DNA of 64,000 bases from Heteronotia binoei. Taxonomy: Eukaryota. The DNA is taken from NCBI RefSeq assembly GCF_032191835.1, contig NC_083223.1, positions 83,948,001-84,012,000 on the forward strand. The letters are read 5' to 3'. Made by a program: the position numbers and the translations under genes. The notes beneath the pieces were generated by a model that saw nothing but the letters and a program-made list of their open reading frames with translations, searched no databases and had not been told where the DNA came from. Below are positions 1 through 12,375 of the stretch, one piece after another (the stretch's first letter is position 1; the number at the start of each line of letters is the position of its first letter).

Positions 1-405
1 GCCATGAACATTTCAACGTATTATGAATTTAATAACAGCAACAAATAAAAAAGGGCTATATCCATGCCATGCTAATGTAAGTAAAAGAAAATGACTCAAA
101 ATCTCAACCACCCCTGCCTCTATTTATAAAACATTTAGGATTTTCTACCATAGTTGCCTTTAAGACACTGACTCTCTTAGAAATAATCTATGTCCCTTTC
201 AGAAACAAACACACACTTTATCTAAAACTAAATCTCTAGCCTTTCTACTTGTGGATTCAAACAATATTTGATCCAAGCAATATTTGGTCTGTGAGAAATA
301 AATCTGTCCCTCCTTGCCACTAATCTAGTCAATGAATGCAAAAAAATACACCCAAAAGAATTTATTTTTGAAGTATATTATGTTTAAATTTAGTAGATCA
401 ATTAT

Positions 406-992
406 CAGGGGTGTCAAACATACAGTTCAGTGGCTGAATCAGGCTTCTGGAGGGCTCCTATCAGGCCCCCGAGCAACTGGCTGTCATCTGCTTTCTTCTC
501 CCTATATTTTGCTTCCTTCTGCATAACAGCTTGCTTTGCAAGGCTTCCTCAACTGCACAGGAGCTACAGAGCAAAACCTCTATTCTCTCCATTGGCTGAG
601 GCTCCTCCCTTGGGGAGGAAGGGGGGAGGAATAGCTTGCTTTGCCAGGCTCTCTCAATTGCACAGCAGAGCTACTGAGTCAAGCCTCTCTTCCTTCTATT
701 GGATGAGACTCCCCCCCCCCCCAGTCCTCTGGGGAAGGAAAGAATGAGCCAGAGCTTCCTTTGTCCATTTCCCTGGATTCCATGGGAGAAATACAAAGAA
801 AGTATCTTTAAGACCAATGAGTGATAACGTTTTAAGCATGTTTTAAGTTTTTAAATCTCTGCTACCTAATCTTAAATAGGTACACACACGGCCTGGCTCG
901 ACATGGCTCGGCCCAACCCGACATGGTCTGGCCCAACAAGGTCTCATTTATGTCAGATCTGGCCCTCATAACAAATTGGTTTGACACCCCTG
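406..992. mobile_element. Non-autonomous hAT DNA transposon (MITE), ~590 bp
   Basis: TIR CAGGGGTGTCAAAC at 406 and its reverse complement at 979-992. Same family as 33017-33609, in opposite orientation. TSD not clean. Confidence 0.85.
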
Positions 993-1117
993 AATTAGAT
1001 CAGCCACCCTGAGCTCTGAATTCAGGGAAGGCAGTATATAATTTAATATTATAAATAAATACTGAAAATAATTAGATACCTTTGAAGAAATATGACTGAT
1101 TGCCAGGCATGGAATTC

Positions 1118-1260
1118 CAGCAGGAGCTCCTTTGCATATTAGGCCACAGACCCCTGATGTAGCCAGTCCTCCAAGAGCTTACAAGGGTCTTTTTTGTAAG
1201 CTCTTGGAGGATTGGCTACATCAGGGGTGTGTGGCCTAATATGCAAAGGAGCTCCTGCTG
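1118..1260. mobile_element. Palindromic (fold-back) MITE
   Basis: Long inverted repeat cagcaggagctcctttgcatattaggccac...gtggcctaatatgcaaaggagctcctgctg; related to 12195-12375. Confidence 0.8.
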
Positions 1261-1475
1261 ATTGCATATAGGTTCTGACTGTTCTGCATTGATTCTACCA
1301 CCCAACCTACCTATAGGTACCCTTGCCACAAACTTCTTCATTGTAGACCTGACTGCAGTTTCCTAAGTAAGACATTTTCCTAAGACATTTGTTGAAGAGA
1401 AACATGAAAAACATTATAGTCAGAATCTACAGTAATGTTAACAAAAAATAAAAATGGAGGCAATCATAGATTCCT

Positions 1476-1778
1476 AAAGGTAATGGTAAAAGTACACCCA
1501 TGTACAAGCACCAGTTGTTTCTGACTCTGTTTCTGACATCGCATCACAACATTTCATGGGAGACTTTTTACAGGGTGGTTTGCTATTGCTTTGCCCAGTC
1601 ATCTACACTTCCCCCTCAGCAAGCTGGGTACTCATTTTACCGACCTCGGAAGGATGGAAGGCTGAGTCAACCTTCAGCTGGCTACCTGAATCCAGCTTCC
1701 GCCAGGATCAAACTCAGGTCGTGAGCAGAGAGCTTGGACTGCAGTACTGCAGCTTTACCACTCTGCACCACGGGGCTC
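1476..1778 (-). mobile_element. Sauria SINE copy
   Basis: Contains aagctgggtactcattttaccgacctcggaaggatggaaggctgagtcaacc and a Bov-B-like tail. Inverse of the copy at 49052-49335. Family named from recalled consensus. Confidence 0.85.
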
Positions 1779-2560
1779 ATAGATTCCTAGTGCAATACCA
1801 ATATTATCTTATCAATGGTGGGTCATTCTCTCTTGATGCAACATCCAGTTTCCATCCATAAACCCAGAAAATTGTTAAGGGTTTAAAGGTAACATTAGCT
1901 TGGGTATACTGTAGCTGTTTAACAAGAGAATACAAAGGAATACATCAGAATGTTCACATACTCTTCCCTAGCAAGTTAGAGACTAGCTACATATTTCAGG
2001 CACCTTGTACATAGGCACTTTTGACAAGTCAGGCACTTAATGTTGACAATTATGAAACCATTTCAGAGACAGAGAAGGATGGAGGGAATTATTAGCAATG
2101 CATAATTCTGGTTCAAGTACTTAATAGAAATTAGAGTTTTTCGCTATAGAAATGATCCTGGGAAGTGCATGGGCTCACCCCCCCTCTCTCTGCCAGATCT
2201 GAGGTAAACCATTTGAGATAAACCATAAACTATGCTTTGTGCTGTTCTCTATAAATCAGGATTAAACCTTTGTTTGGAATCCTCATTTGTAACAATGCAA
2301 AACCATACTTCACAATTTGGACATTACAAGCTGCAATAGCTTGCTGTGAACATGGATGTCTCTTGAAATAACTGCAGGTCATACAACAGTGGATGCATAT
2401 ACATCCTACCTGTACATGCATCTGTAGCATATTAATTTTACAATGCAAGCCAGCGACCAGTGCCTCATAACGTGTGGTTTCAATCACATGTATGTGTGCT
2501 GAAAGTGTTTAGAATTACCCAAAACATGTATATGTGTATACAATTCATATGTTTATTCAC

Positions 2561-2633
2561 CGTAATTGGTGAGCAAGGCTGCTCTGTCTGTATTGTCCCC
2601 AGGAGCAGAAATAAGAAAGGGGACAATTAGCAA
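2561..2633 (-). other. Candidate leader exon, 73 nt
   Basis: Long pyrimidine tract ending gtctgtcctttag; donor TACG|gtgaat. Confidence 0.6.
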
Positions 2634-2887
2634 CTAAAGGACAGACGATATAAGCAGAGATAAATAGCAAAAGGAAAAATATGATCACAGTGAATGCTGC
2701 TTCCCTTTGCACTTGCTCATGATTTCCCAACGCCTTTTCTGAACTTTTTAGGAGAGGCTTCAGAATTCTCAATAATTGTAGCATGTCTCACACATGATAA
2801 CATTAATGTAATAAGCATTTAGCTATGACTTAAAGCTGTGTAGCAGAAATAAATACAGTATAATAAGTTAGAGAGTATACTGATTAC

Positions 2888-4762
2888 CTAGGTCTGCAGA
2901 AAGAACAAATTCCACAGGTGCACGGACCTTTAAACTAATTATATTAAACTAATTAAATTCAACTCTACAAATAGGTAAAAGGTTTCATAACTTCTTCCAG
3001 CTTGTCTAGAGGTAATTTACATTAATTCAATAAACAACACAATACAAATTTGTGGAGCACTGTTAATACCGTAACCTACCATTCTCATCCTGTAAGTCAG
3101 GCCACCCTACAGTTTCAAGAGTACACAGAAAGTGCAAGTCATTTCCTATGTCTCTCCTCATTCGTTTGTATATGCCTGTTTGTCCTCGCCCTTGGGGGCC
3201 ATGCAATAATGTCAGGTTTACTTGAACTCTGCAACCCCACATAAAACGGTTGTGAAAGTACGGCAAGCATCTGTAGTATCTGGCCACGAAGTAAAATGAA
3301 GCTCCCTATACCTCAAACCAGATCATACAAAATTACATAGCTATGATAAAAATTCACTACACAATCATATTCATACACATTCACCCTCTACACAGATACA
3401 ATATAATGCAATGCTCATACGCCAAATAAATAAATAAATAAATAAATAAGCAGCCACAAGAACGCAAACGGTTCTTTCACTCTACTGAAAGAAATTAATG
3501 AGGTTGTGCATTAACAAGATCTCTTCCACAATCCCCTGTTGTGCTTTCATTGCCACTCTTAATAGAGCCATTCTCAATGAAGATTCCACACAGGGGTATT
3601 TTCTGCGGCACTTTTCCTTACTCTAGAGTGCTTTTTACAGAAAAATAAAAATAGTAGCAAATAGTTATAAAGATATATCAACTTTGGACCCCCCTCAAAA
3701 AACAAATCTGGCAAAAAGCCTACCAGTGGCAGGGAAGGAGAGAATGGTGGGCTCAAAGGAAAATGGTGTTCATCTGGATGGGAAGGTGTAGAAATCCTCA
3801 CCTTCCCATCAGCCTAGTGATTAGAACCCTTTGATTATGATGTTTCTGAATGACAGTGCCAAAGCAGGCTGGGGGGAGGGGCAAAAATACAGAATACAGA
3901 TGGTTGTACAAGGACACTGCAGACAGGGAAAGGGCCATGCTACACAAAGCTGAAGGTCAGCATGGAAGCAACCTTAAAATTTTCACTGTACCTTCCAGGA
4001 TCCAGAAATGTACTGAAGACAACCAGTCTTCATCTCCCACTACGCATTGAATAATTTTACTTGTAACCACAAAGTCAGCAAATTGTCTGTTATCTGTGTT
4101 TCGATGGCTCATACATAAAATTAGAAAAGGTCACCAAGGCAAGCCTTAGGACCTCAGTTTGCATCTCGTTAGCTATAGTTAACTGCATGGTTTGCTGCTA
4201 TTCTTATTTTTTAAAACTCTGAGGAGGGGGGAGTGTTGTTTCAAACTCTACTCACAAGACAAATAGCCATTTTCATCAAATGAATTGTCCCTGGGTCTCC
4301 TAAAATGGAACATTCTTCCAGAGAGGAAGGAGGCACTGATGATGGGGAAGTAAGTGATTGTCCCTCTATGTGAAATACATGTTTTATATTCCTTCTCTGG
4401 AGATTGGTTCTTGGTCCACACTCCAAACATGCTTAGGGAGAAAAAGAAAAATGAAAAGAGGACAAGAAACATAGAATATTAAAAGTGAAAAGTTTTTGGG
4501 TTTCAAATATTGCTTATTGCGATCACCTTGCCAGGAGCAATGCACCACTTAAAACAACTAAACAGCTGAATTATCCAAAATATTAAGGAAATGCCATCCT
4601 AATTTTCCCTCTCCCCCTTGTGGATCAGATTTACAGGGTTAAATCTGAAATGCTGAATTTGTAGCTTCATGTGACTAACTGATCTGACACTAACCTCCCT
4701 GCAGGATCAGCCAGAAGAAGAGCTGTAGAAATACAAAGGAAAGAGGTAAAAATCTGAAATAT
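2888..4762 (-). other. Cluster of four small candidate leader exons: 4695-4762, 4256-4299, 3222-3279, 2888-2927
   Basis: Acceptor/donor pairs: cccttttag / GAG|gttagt; ccattttag / CTT|gtgagt; cgtggccag / CAA|gtaaac; gtttaaag / TAG|gtaatc. Confidence 0.45.
3424..3449. repeat. (AAAT)n microsatellite
   Basis: aaataaataaataaataaataaataa seen directly. Confidence 0.95.
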
Positions 4763-5859
4763 CTAAAAGGGAACAAAAGAAACTAGTCAGCCAAGTGAAC
4801 TACTTTTGATATCCTTCTCTTGATTTTTCTTTTTGCCAGTGCTCAGTTTGTATTTCACTTTCAGTTCTTTTGTGGGTTTCCACTAGACCTTTCATGTTAT
4901 TTAAAACAGGTTGAGAAGCTGTGACATCCCTCCTTGACCTTTTCCCTGAACTCTACTTTCCAAAAGAACCTGTAAGACTCTTTGAATCCTTTAAGTATTT
5001 TAACTATTTTTACTCAGCCTTTTTATCACTGCAGAAGAACTTATTGTGAAGCCTCACTATCTTCAGAATCACAGAATTTAACACTCTTAGCAACACTCTT
5101 AATTGTTTAATTTCTAACACTCTAAAATATTTGCAACAACAACACAGCATATAGCTTACAGATGCAAATTTAAGTGGGGAGGAGTAATACTTGGAGAATA
5201 AAATGCCTACATGTGCTTACGAACTTGCATGTTTCTGAACTAGGAAAGAAATTTATCTTGGTACTTAATAATCACGAGCTAGACAAAACAATTATGTTGT
5301 AACTCAACAGCCAGGCATGCCAAATCCTACTAGCTTCAAAACCATGACATGGTAGATATTCTTGATACTTACAGTTCTCAGCTGAGAAGCTGGTGGTTAC
5401 TCATATTAAGCATTAGTCATTAGATTCCATCAAGAGGAAGATAAACCTCAGTTGGCAGATGAGCAACTATCAGAGAAAGACAACTGAATGAGTCATAGAT
5501 CCTGCTTTTGCAGACCCACAGGATTAACTATGAAAAAATGGAAAGGAACGCAGGCCACCAGGCTGCCTAGGCAAAGGAATGCTGTGCACAAGTGACTATA
5601 TTTGCATACTATACTAAATTCCAACTCCAGTGTACAAAGCTGTATACCAAAAGCAGCTAGAAATGACAATTTACACAATTTGTTAAATGCAGTGACATTG
5701 TTTCTTCTCCTAAGTAATAACTTGGATTTTGGTGCATATAGCACTGTCATATATAAAACACATTCATGCAAAGAACTCCCCAGTATAGTCAACAGGCTCA
5801 AAGAAGATTGCTAAAGCAACTGGGGGGAGGGGTTTTGACAAGAGGGAGAATGAGCTCCT

Positions 5860-6076
5860 AGGGTTGCCAGCCTCCAGGTGGGGCCTGGAGATCTCCCACT
5901 TTTACAACTGATCTCCAGCTGGCAGAGATCAGCTCCCCTGGAAAAAATGGCTGCTTTGAAGAGTAGATTACATTGCATTGTACCATACTGAGGCACCTCC
6001 CCTCCCCAAACCCCTCCCTTTCCCAGATCCACCTTCAAAGTCTTCAGGTGTTTTCCAGCACAGACCTGGCAACCCT
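5860..6076. mobile_element. hAT MITE (AGGGTTGCCAG TIR family)
   Basis: TIRs agggttgccag / ctggcaaccct; perfect 8-bp TSD GAGCTCCT at 5852-5859 and 6077-6084. Confidence 0.9.
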
Positions 6077-7313
6077 GAGCTCCTGTTCAGTCCTCCCATT
6101 ATGCTTTTTAGAGCCAGATAAGACAGCCAATTTATGTGTACTGCCCATTGTGCTAGCTTCTGTAAATCAAGGAACCAAGTTTTTCTTCCCACGCCAAAGA
6201 GCTTTTAACTTTCCCCATATTCTCATACGTATAGACCTTCAAGTACATTTGTGAGGCCAAACAGAGAGTCCCTTTTCTCTCTTCCTTTTGCTCCAGTGAC
6301 GGCCTTGCCCTTGGTAAATGTTGCTAGACCATATTTTTTATTTATGTTATTTATAGTCCACCTTTCTTACTGAGACCAGCAGGGGATTACAGAGTGTTGC
6401 TACCCAGAAAGAATTTACTTGGAAGTGAATACCATAGGGTTTACTACCTTGTAAGCATGTTTTGGACTGCAATGAAAATACAGAAACCTAACCTTAATGT
6501 TGTCAAACCATCAAACAAGTAACTCAAGAATATATGCATTCCCTTGCTTAGAATGCACACACTGCAACCTGCACATATATTCATAATTACCAACTATACT
6601 CTCTGATCCAAATACAGAGTTTACTCTTGGAACTTGGTCCACTGATTTCAGATAGCACTGTACTTGCACATAAATTTTACAATTCATTATACAGTATGGG
6701 GGACAAAAGAAAATTTTAAGAATAAGGTATTACAATAAATCTGTTCCATCACTTCAAGATCAAGTAGTATAGGGATCCCCAACTCTTTTTTCAGTCTGAG
6801 GGCACCTTTGCAATTCTCACAGAGTATGGTGGGCACAACCACAAAATAGTTGCTACAGGAGATGGAGCCAGCTGCAAAACAGCTGCCTTCATTTACATAG
6901 CAAAGACCCTTATGCTGTGGTGATAGCTGCTGCCAAAGCAATGTTTCCAAAAATCAACACAGCCAATCACATCTCCAGCACCTAATGAGAATCCTTTCTT
7001 GGCATATGGCAGAGGATCCTCCACTTTGGGGCCCTCTGCCTGGCATTGATCAGCTGGCTGACGGGCCTTACTGGAAGCAAACCAAGAACTAAGCCTCTGT
7101 CAATAGCAACACAGCCACGTAACTCCTGGCATGCACTGGAAGCAACATCATGTCACCAGTGTTGTGGGGGTGGCTCTAGTATTTGGGCATAAACTTTATG
7201 ATAAAAACAGCTTTTGCCCAACACCAGAGCATCTCTGTGTCACCAGTGCTGTAATGAGATCACGCTCAGTGCATGCAAGAAGTGACAATGCTGGGTCACC
7301 AGCAACATAGGCC

Positions 7314-7635
7314 CAGGGGTGGTCAAACTTGCTCAATGTAAGAGCCACACAAAATGAATGTCAGATGTCTGAGAACCACAAGACATCACCATCAGATGTT
7401 TGAGGGTGGGAAGGAGGGAAAATAGATGGGGGAGGGAGGAGGGAAACAAAGGTGGAAAGAAAGCAACTTTAACTTTAAATGCATTCTCCAGGCCACCAGT
7501 TGTGCATGTGGAGAAGTGATTTAAAGAGAAATGCCTTCTCCAAGCCAGCCTATGGGGTAATGGGGGCTTCAAAAGCCACACAATATGTGTGAAAGAGCCA
7601 TATGTGGCTCCTGAGCCACGGTTTGGCCACCCCTC
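7314..7635. mobile_element. hAT MITE (CAGGGGTGGCCAAAC TIR family)
   Basis: TIRs at both ends; internal sequence shared with 11773-12041 and 47051-47316. Confidence 0.8.
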
Positions 7636-7854
7636 GCCTAGACTTCAGTTTGCTGCTGGTAAGTCCACCCACCCACTCCACCAGATGCCAAAGGTACCTG
7701 GCAACCCTTTCGGGACCAAAGCTCCACATGGCCCTGCACACTTTCTAAAAACACTTGGGGGCAGGAAAGGTGTCAGTAGTCACCACAGCACCCACAGGCA
7801 CTATGTTGCGGACCGCTTAACTAGCATGTTTATTCTAAGGATTATGGAATAAGG

Positions 7855-7908
7855 ATTATGTAACTATGGCAATAGTTCCAAATTATGTAACTATGGCAAT
7901 AGTTCCAA
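7855..7908. repeat. 27-bp tandem duplication
   Basis: attatgtaactatggcaatagttccaa occurs twice, exactly. Confidence 0.95.
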
Positions 7909-8193
7909 ATAGTAGTGGGCTATTGAACTACAGTCGCTATTGATCTTAGCATGACAAATCATTACTCTCTGGTACTATTTTGTTTCTAACTTCACTAGTG
8001 GCAGCTTTACTAAGGAAGACTTCATTACACAAAGGTGAACATGTGAAGTCAACATATGAAGTCACTGCACTATGACTCAATGCCATGGTTATGTTACACA
8101 ACTCTTCCAAGAGGAAAAAAAATCCCTTTCCTCTTCTTGATTGTATTTTGGAAAGCTTGTAAGTGTTCCCAATAAAATAAACAGAACACTTAC

Positions 8194-8213
8194 AAGCCAA
8201 AGTGATTTCTACA
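8194..8213 (-). other. Candidate 20-nt leader micro-exon with hairpin-masked donor
   Basis: tttgttcctaag|TGTAGAAATCACTTTGGCTT|gtaagt; the donor lies inside a perfect 14-bp inverted repeat (8155-8168 / 8184-8197). Confidence 0.45.
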
Positions 8214-9675
8214 CTTAGGAACAAAGCATTCATTATCAGAGTTCTTAAAGAAACTTTCAAAAAGATAACTGTGTAAATAATTCTTGCTTATACATCACAT
8301 CCTTCCATCAGCATTACCAAATGGACAGAGAAAGTCAAATCACATACATTAGGCTACTATACAAGGTATTATTTTAAGTCTAAAGATCTTATTTGAAATC
8401 CAGGTGCATGTAAATGGATAGGATTTGCTAGGATCAGTTCCAATGAACAAGAATAAGAAAGTTTTTCTTCCTGCTGGATCGCCACTATGTATGAAAACTG
8501 TATGCTGAGGCATTCGATAAAATTTTTAAACCAGGGTCCCTCTTTTCCAGTGAGACTTAGATGCAATTTCAAAAGCGCAAGACATCCTGGAATGATTTAT
8601 GAGCAATGTAACAGATACAATGGTCAAAGTACTTCTGTAAGCAAAACTTATTGAAACAAATGGAAGCTGACATGCCAAGATGCATGTTCAGTGTATTTCA
8701 ATAGGACTTGTAGAGAACATCATAGACTGTGTCCAACCAGACATACATTTTGCCACTATTCAATTCCATGCCAGCATCTAATAGTAAATGGAAGTGTGCA
8801 GGGTTTATTCTGCAGCCACCTAGCACTCATTTGGGTGCTCATCTCACACACCAAGGGTTCTAAGTCCTAATGAAAAGCTACCACGGGCTGGGTTACCTCA
8901 CCTCTGGTTTGTAATATCTGACACCAGTCATCTCAAAATGTTTACATGCCAAAGAATGTGGTCTACCATGAACAACAATTCTAAAAATGCATCAAATGGC
9001 TAGCATGAAGCATGTCCAATACACCAACAATTATCACAAGATAACCTTGCCTATCTTGTTCTCAGCCTTATCTAGCTTAAAACATCTTTGTACAACAGAT
9101 TCATGTTACCTGAAAGGATTATTTACAGTTGGGGGAAGAAGTATCCAAGTAATAAACGTATTACCAATCAGAAATACATCAATTCTATTCTTAGAGCCAT
9201 GTTTTCTTGAAATTAACATTCTTTCTTGGAAATAAGTATGATGATGATTACAGCAGAAAGTACCTCCTAAAATCCTCTAACCTAACAGAATTAAACCATG
9301 TGTGCTTTAAGGTTTTAGTTTAGCACCTGATAATATATACCATTAAACGCTGAAGCAGCAAGATAAATTGCCTTCGATATTGACTACTGATTCTTGGAAC
9401 ACTGAGATTAATGTGGAAAAAAGTAACATACAGCACTTCTTAAGATACACCTGGATTGTAAACTGTTCAGCACAGCTGCACTTGATTAAACTCATCCAGT
9501 GACACAGAAGGTGTCCACAGGGAAAAAGAAGATAGCTGTCCGCTCGTGAGACACCCTCCCAGTACTAACACCTTAAATCTGTTTGAGTTGTAAACAAGCA
9601 AAGGAAAAGCATAAGCTAAAGACCTTAGTTCTTTTCAGGAACAACAGGGGAACCAAGCTTCTTACAGCTGCTCAC

Positions 9676-9726
9676 CTCCAGCCAATGGCTGGGTGCTGGA
9701 CCGACTTCCTCCTGCTGGGCTGAACA
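9676..9726 (-). other. Candidate leader exon, 51 nt
   Basis: cttcccctgccccctgcag acceptor; GAG|gtgagc donor. Confidence 0.55.
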
Positions 9727-9749
9727 CTGCAGGGGGCAGGGGAAGATAA

Positions 9750-9796
9750 AAACATAAGAGAAGCCATGTTGGATCAGGCCAATGGCCTATTCAGTC
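9750..9796 (-). mobile_element. CR1 LINE 3' tail fragment
   Basis: aacataagagaagccatgttggatcaggccaatggcc resembles the recalled CR1 3' end. Confidence 0.65.
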
Positions 9797-10726
9797 TTCT
9801 TTCAGATTAACACTCCTCAGGGAGCAGAAGGCTGTTATAGAATCCAATGCCAGTTCCTTAGTAACACTGTACATGTCATGAGCATCATCATAAAGATTTA
9901 TGAAAAGCAGGAGTGCACACTTGCAGGAAAAGAACCAGATGCAGGAAAAGATTGAAAGGGCAATTGCATGGGGAAAGGTGTGAACAGAAGCAGAAGTCAG
10001 CCAGGGAACGTCAGCATGTGCCTCTCTAGCTACCGGAGTAACAGGAGAATATAATCAAAAATGAATGCCAGCTTTTATTTTTCCAAAACAGGAGAATCTA
10101 GATTTCTCTCCCATACTCCTGAGTTTATCTGATAATTCATCTATAACAGACTGGGCGGGGGCATAACAATGTAGGAGTGCTTCTGTAGGAAAATGAAAAA
10201 CTGCAACAGCAGCAGCTTGAAGTGTGGTAATTAAACATTCTTTGCAAAAGAACCATTTAGCTAACCAATGGAGAAATCAATGAATGCTCCATAAAGGGGG
10301 AGGGGGAGAAGAGAAAGACAGAGTGGCTTCAAATAATGTTTCCAACCTTTCACTATGAATAGGAACTTACATCGCAGATTTTGAAGGTCTTACATAGATT
10401 TATTATTAGAAGAAACCAATGAGTCATATGTATTGGCAGAAACTGAGAACACCCATTTTCTTCACGTCTTCCACAGCACTCAGTGGTTTTTCACACACAC
10501 ACACACCCAATTCACTAATGGCCGAAAGAGCTGCAGGGAGCTTATTAGTCATGACTAACAGAAGAACTCTCCTTGGATTATAATATCTGCTTGTTTAGAC
10601 CAGCTGATTTGCTTACTTATTTGAAAGACCAGAAAAATCCTATTCTGAGACAATTTTTAAATTTTAGTAACTCAGCCAGGCAATTGTACAAGCTAGCGTT
10701 AGCCATTATTAACCTCCTAGTTCAGG

Positions 10727-11771
10727 CAGGGTTGCCGCTAAAATTTTATTTTTCATTTCCCAGACTTTCCCTGAGCAACATTTGTCAATTTCCCTGACCA
10801 CCATTCAAATATAACCACAAATTTAAAAATGAATAGGTCGTGTTGCATTAATGCAAGGTTTAATGAAATGTTCCACTCTACAACTACACAAGTCTCAACT
10901 GCAAAACTATTTGTCAAAGTTAAGAGATTTAATAGCAGCTGCTTTCAACATTAACTGTAGCAACATCTGTTTTGCAATTGCACCAAAAATTACACTGAAA
11001 TACAAACTTCAATTCAAGTAAACTGAATGCTAACAAGTGGGAACTTTCCAAAGCAGGGGAAATTTCACTTTCACTTTCTGGAAAGTAATGAGCAACTCAG
11101 TAGCAAGATAGGAGGTGGAGTTTCTGCCATCTAGAGAAGCAGACAACCCTCATTTGCAACCTTTATGCATGGGAGAAGTCAGGAAAGAGGGTGAGAAAGC
11201 TGGTAGTCTGTAAACTTCAGCAGGAACAAGCAATCACATTTGCAAAATTTACTTTGCATGGTGCAGAGTAGAAAGTACTAGTTGTCTGTGAAATCCAGCA
11301 TCAAAACTCATTTGCAACTCTGTCCTGGGTTTAGCAGGAGACAAAACATCCATTCCACACACAAGCATGACCCAAAAACATGCTTATTTTTATATGTAAG
11401 TTAAATGCAGTACTAGCAGGTAGGAATGAAAACAGTTAGATGTTTAAAGTTTGTATACTGCTAAATGTTTAATCTAGCCTTCCTATGCAAATGCTACAGG
11501 CAGACCTTGGAAATCATGCAGGGATAAAGCTCAACAAACACATTAGGCTGGTTGCTGGGGGTGGAGCTGAGAAAAAGGTGGCGCTGGGGAAGAGAATCAT
11601 TAAGTTTTACTAGTATTCTGCTACTTCTCTATTCCAATTGCCACAAGAACAGATCATGCTATTGCAGCAGCAGGTCAAAAATCCACTGCTTGAATATATT
11701 TTAATCATAATTTCCCTGACTTTCCCTGACTAATTTCCATTTCCCTGTCTTTCCAGAAAGTAGCAACCCTG
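10727..11771. mobile_element. ~1 kb non-autonomous hAT-like element
   Basis: TIR CAGGGTTGC / GCAACCCTG with clustered subterminal TTTCCCTGA repeats at both ends; no intact transposase ORF. Confidence 0.65.
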
Positions 11772-11772
11772 C

Positions 11773-12041
11773 CAGGGGTGGCCAAACTTGCTTAACATAA
11801 GAGCTACACATAATAAACATCAGATATGGGAGGGAAATAGATAGGAAGAGGGAGGGAGAGGTACAAAGAAAGCAACTTTAGATGCATTTCCAAACCACTG
11901 GCTGGCTTGGTTCAGAGAAGACACGTAACAACAGAAATGCCTTCTCCAAGCCAGCTGATGGGGTGGTGGGGACTTTGAGAGCCACACAATATATGTGAAG
12001 GAGCCACATGTGGCTCCCAAGCCACAGTTTGGCCATCCCTG
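11773..12041. mobile_element. hAT MITE
   Basis: TIRs caggggtggccaaac / gtttggccatccctg; same family as 7314 and 47051. Confidence 0.8.
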
Positions 12042-12194
12042 CCCTAGTCTAATGTAACATGCAAAGCAGTTTTATCTGAGCAATGGCAGTGCAATGGATT
12101 CACTGATATGGCTGCCCATGGCAAAACAATTGCTCAAGAGATATTGACATTCTATGCTTTACTGTTTTCTGCTTCCATGGGTTTTGGATATCAC

Positions 12195-12375
12195 CAGGGC
12201 TTTTTTTGTAGCAGGAACTATTTTGCATATTATGCCACATCCACTGATATAGCCAATCCTCCTGGAGCTTACAGTAGGCCCTGTAATAAAAGCCCTGTAA
12301 GCTCTTGGAGGATTGGCTACATCAGGGGTGTGTGGTCTAATATGCAAAGGAGTTCCTGCTACAAAAAAAGCCCCG
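12195..12375. mobile_element. Palindromic hAT MITE
   Basis: Fold-back structure; near-perfect 8-bp TSD GATATCAC / GATAGCAC. Confidence 0.85.

Noticed and set aside
5375-5388. Palindrome TTCTCAGCTGAGAA next to a minus-strand GTAAGT
   Set aside because: Would form only a 5-bp stem that does not cover the donor; no matching acceptor defined.
7855-7908. CRISPR-like or functional repeat array
   Set aside because: Only two adjacent copies with no spacers, in vertebrate DNA. This is an ordinary slippage duplication, as is 29522-29579.
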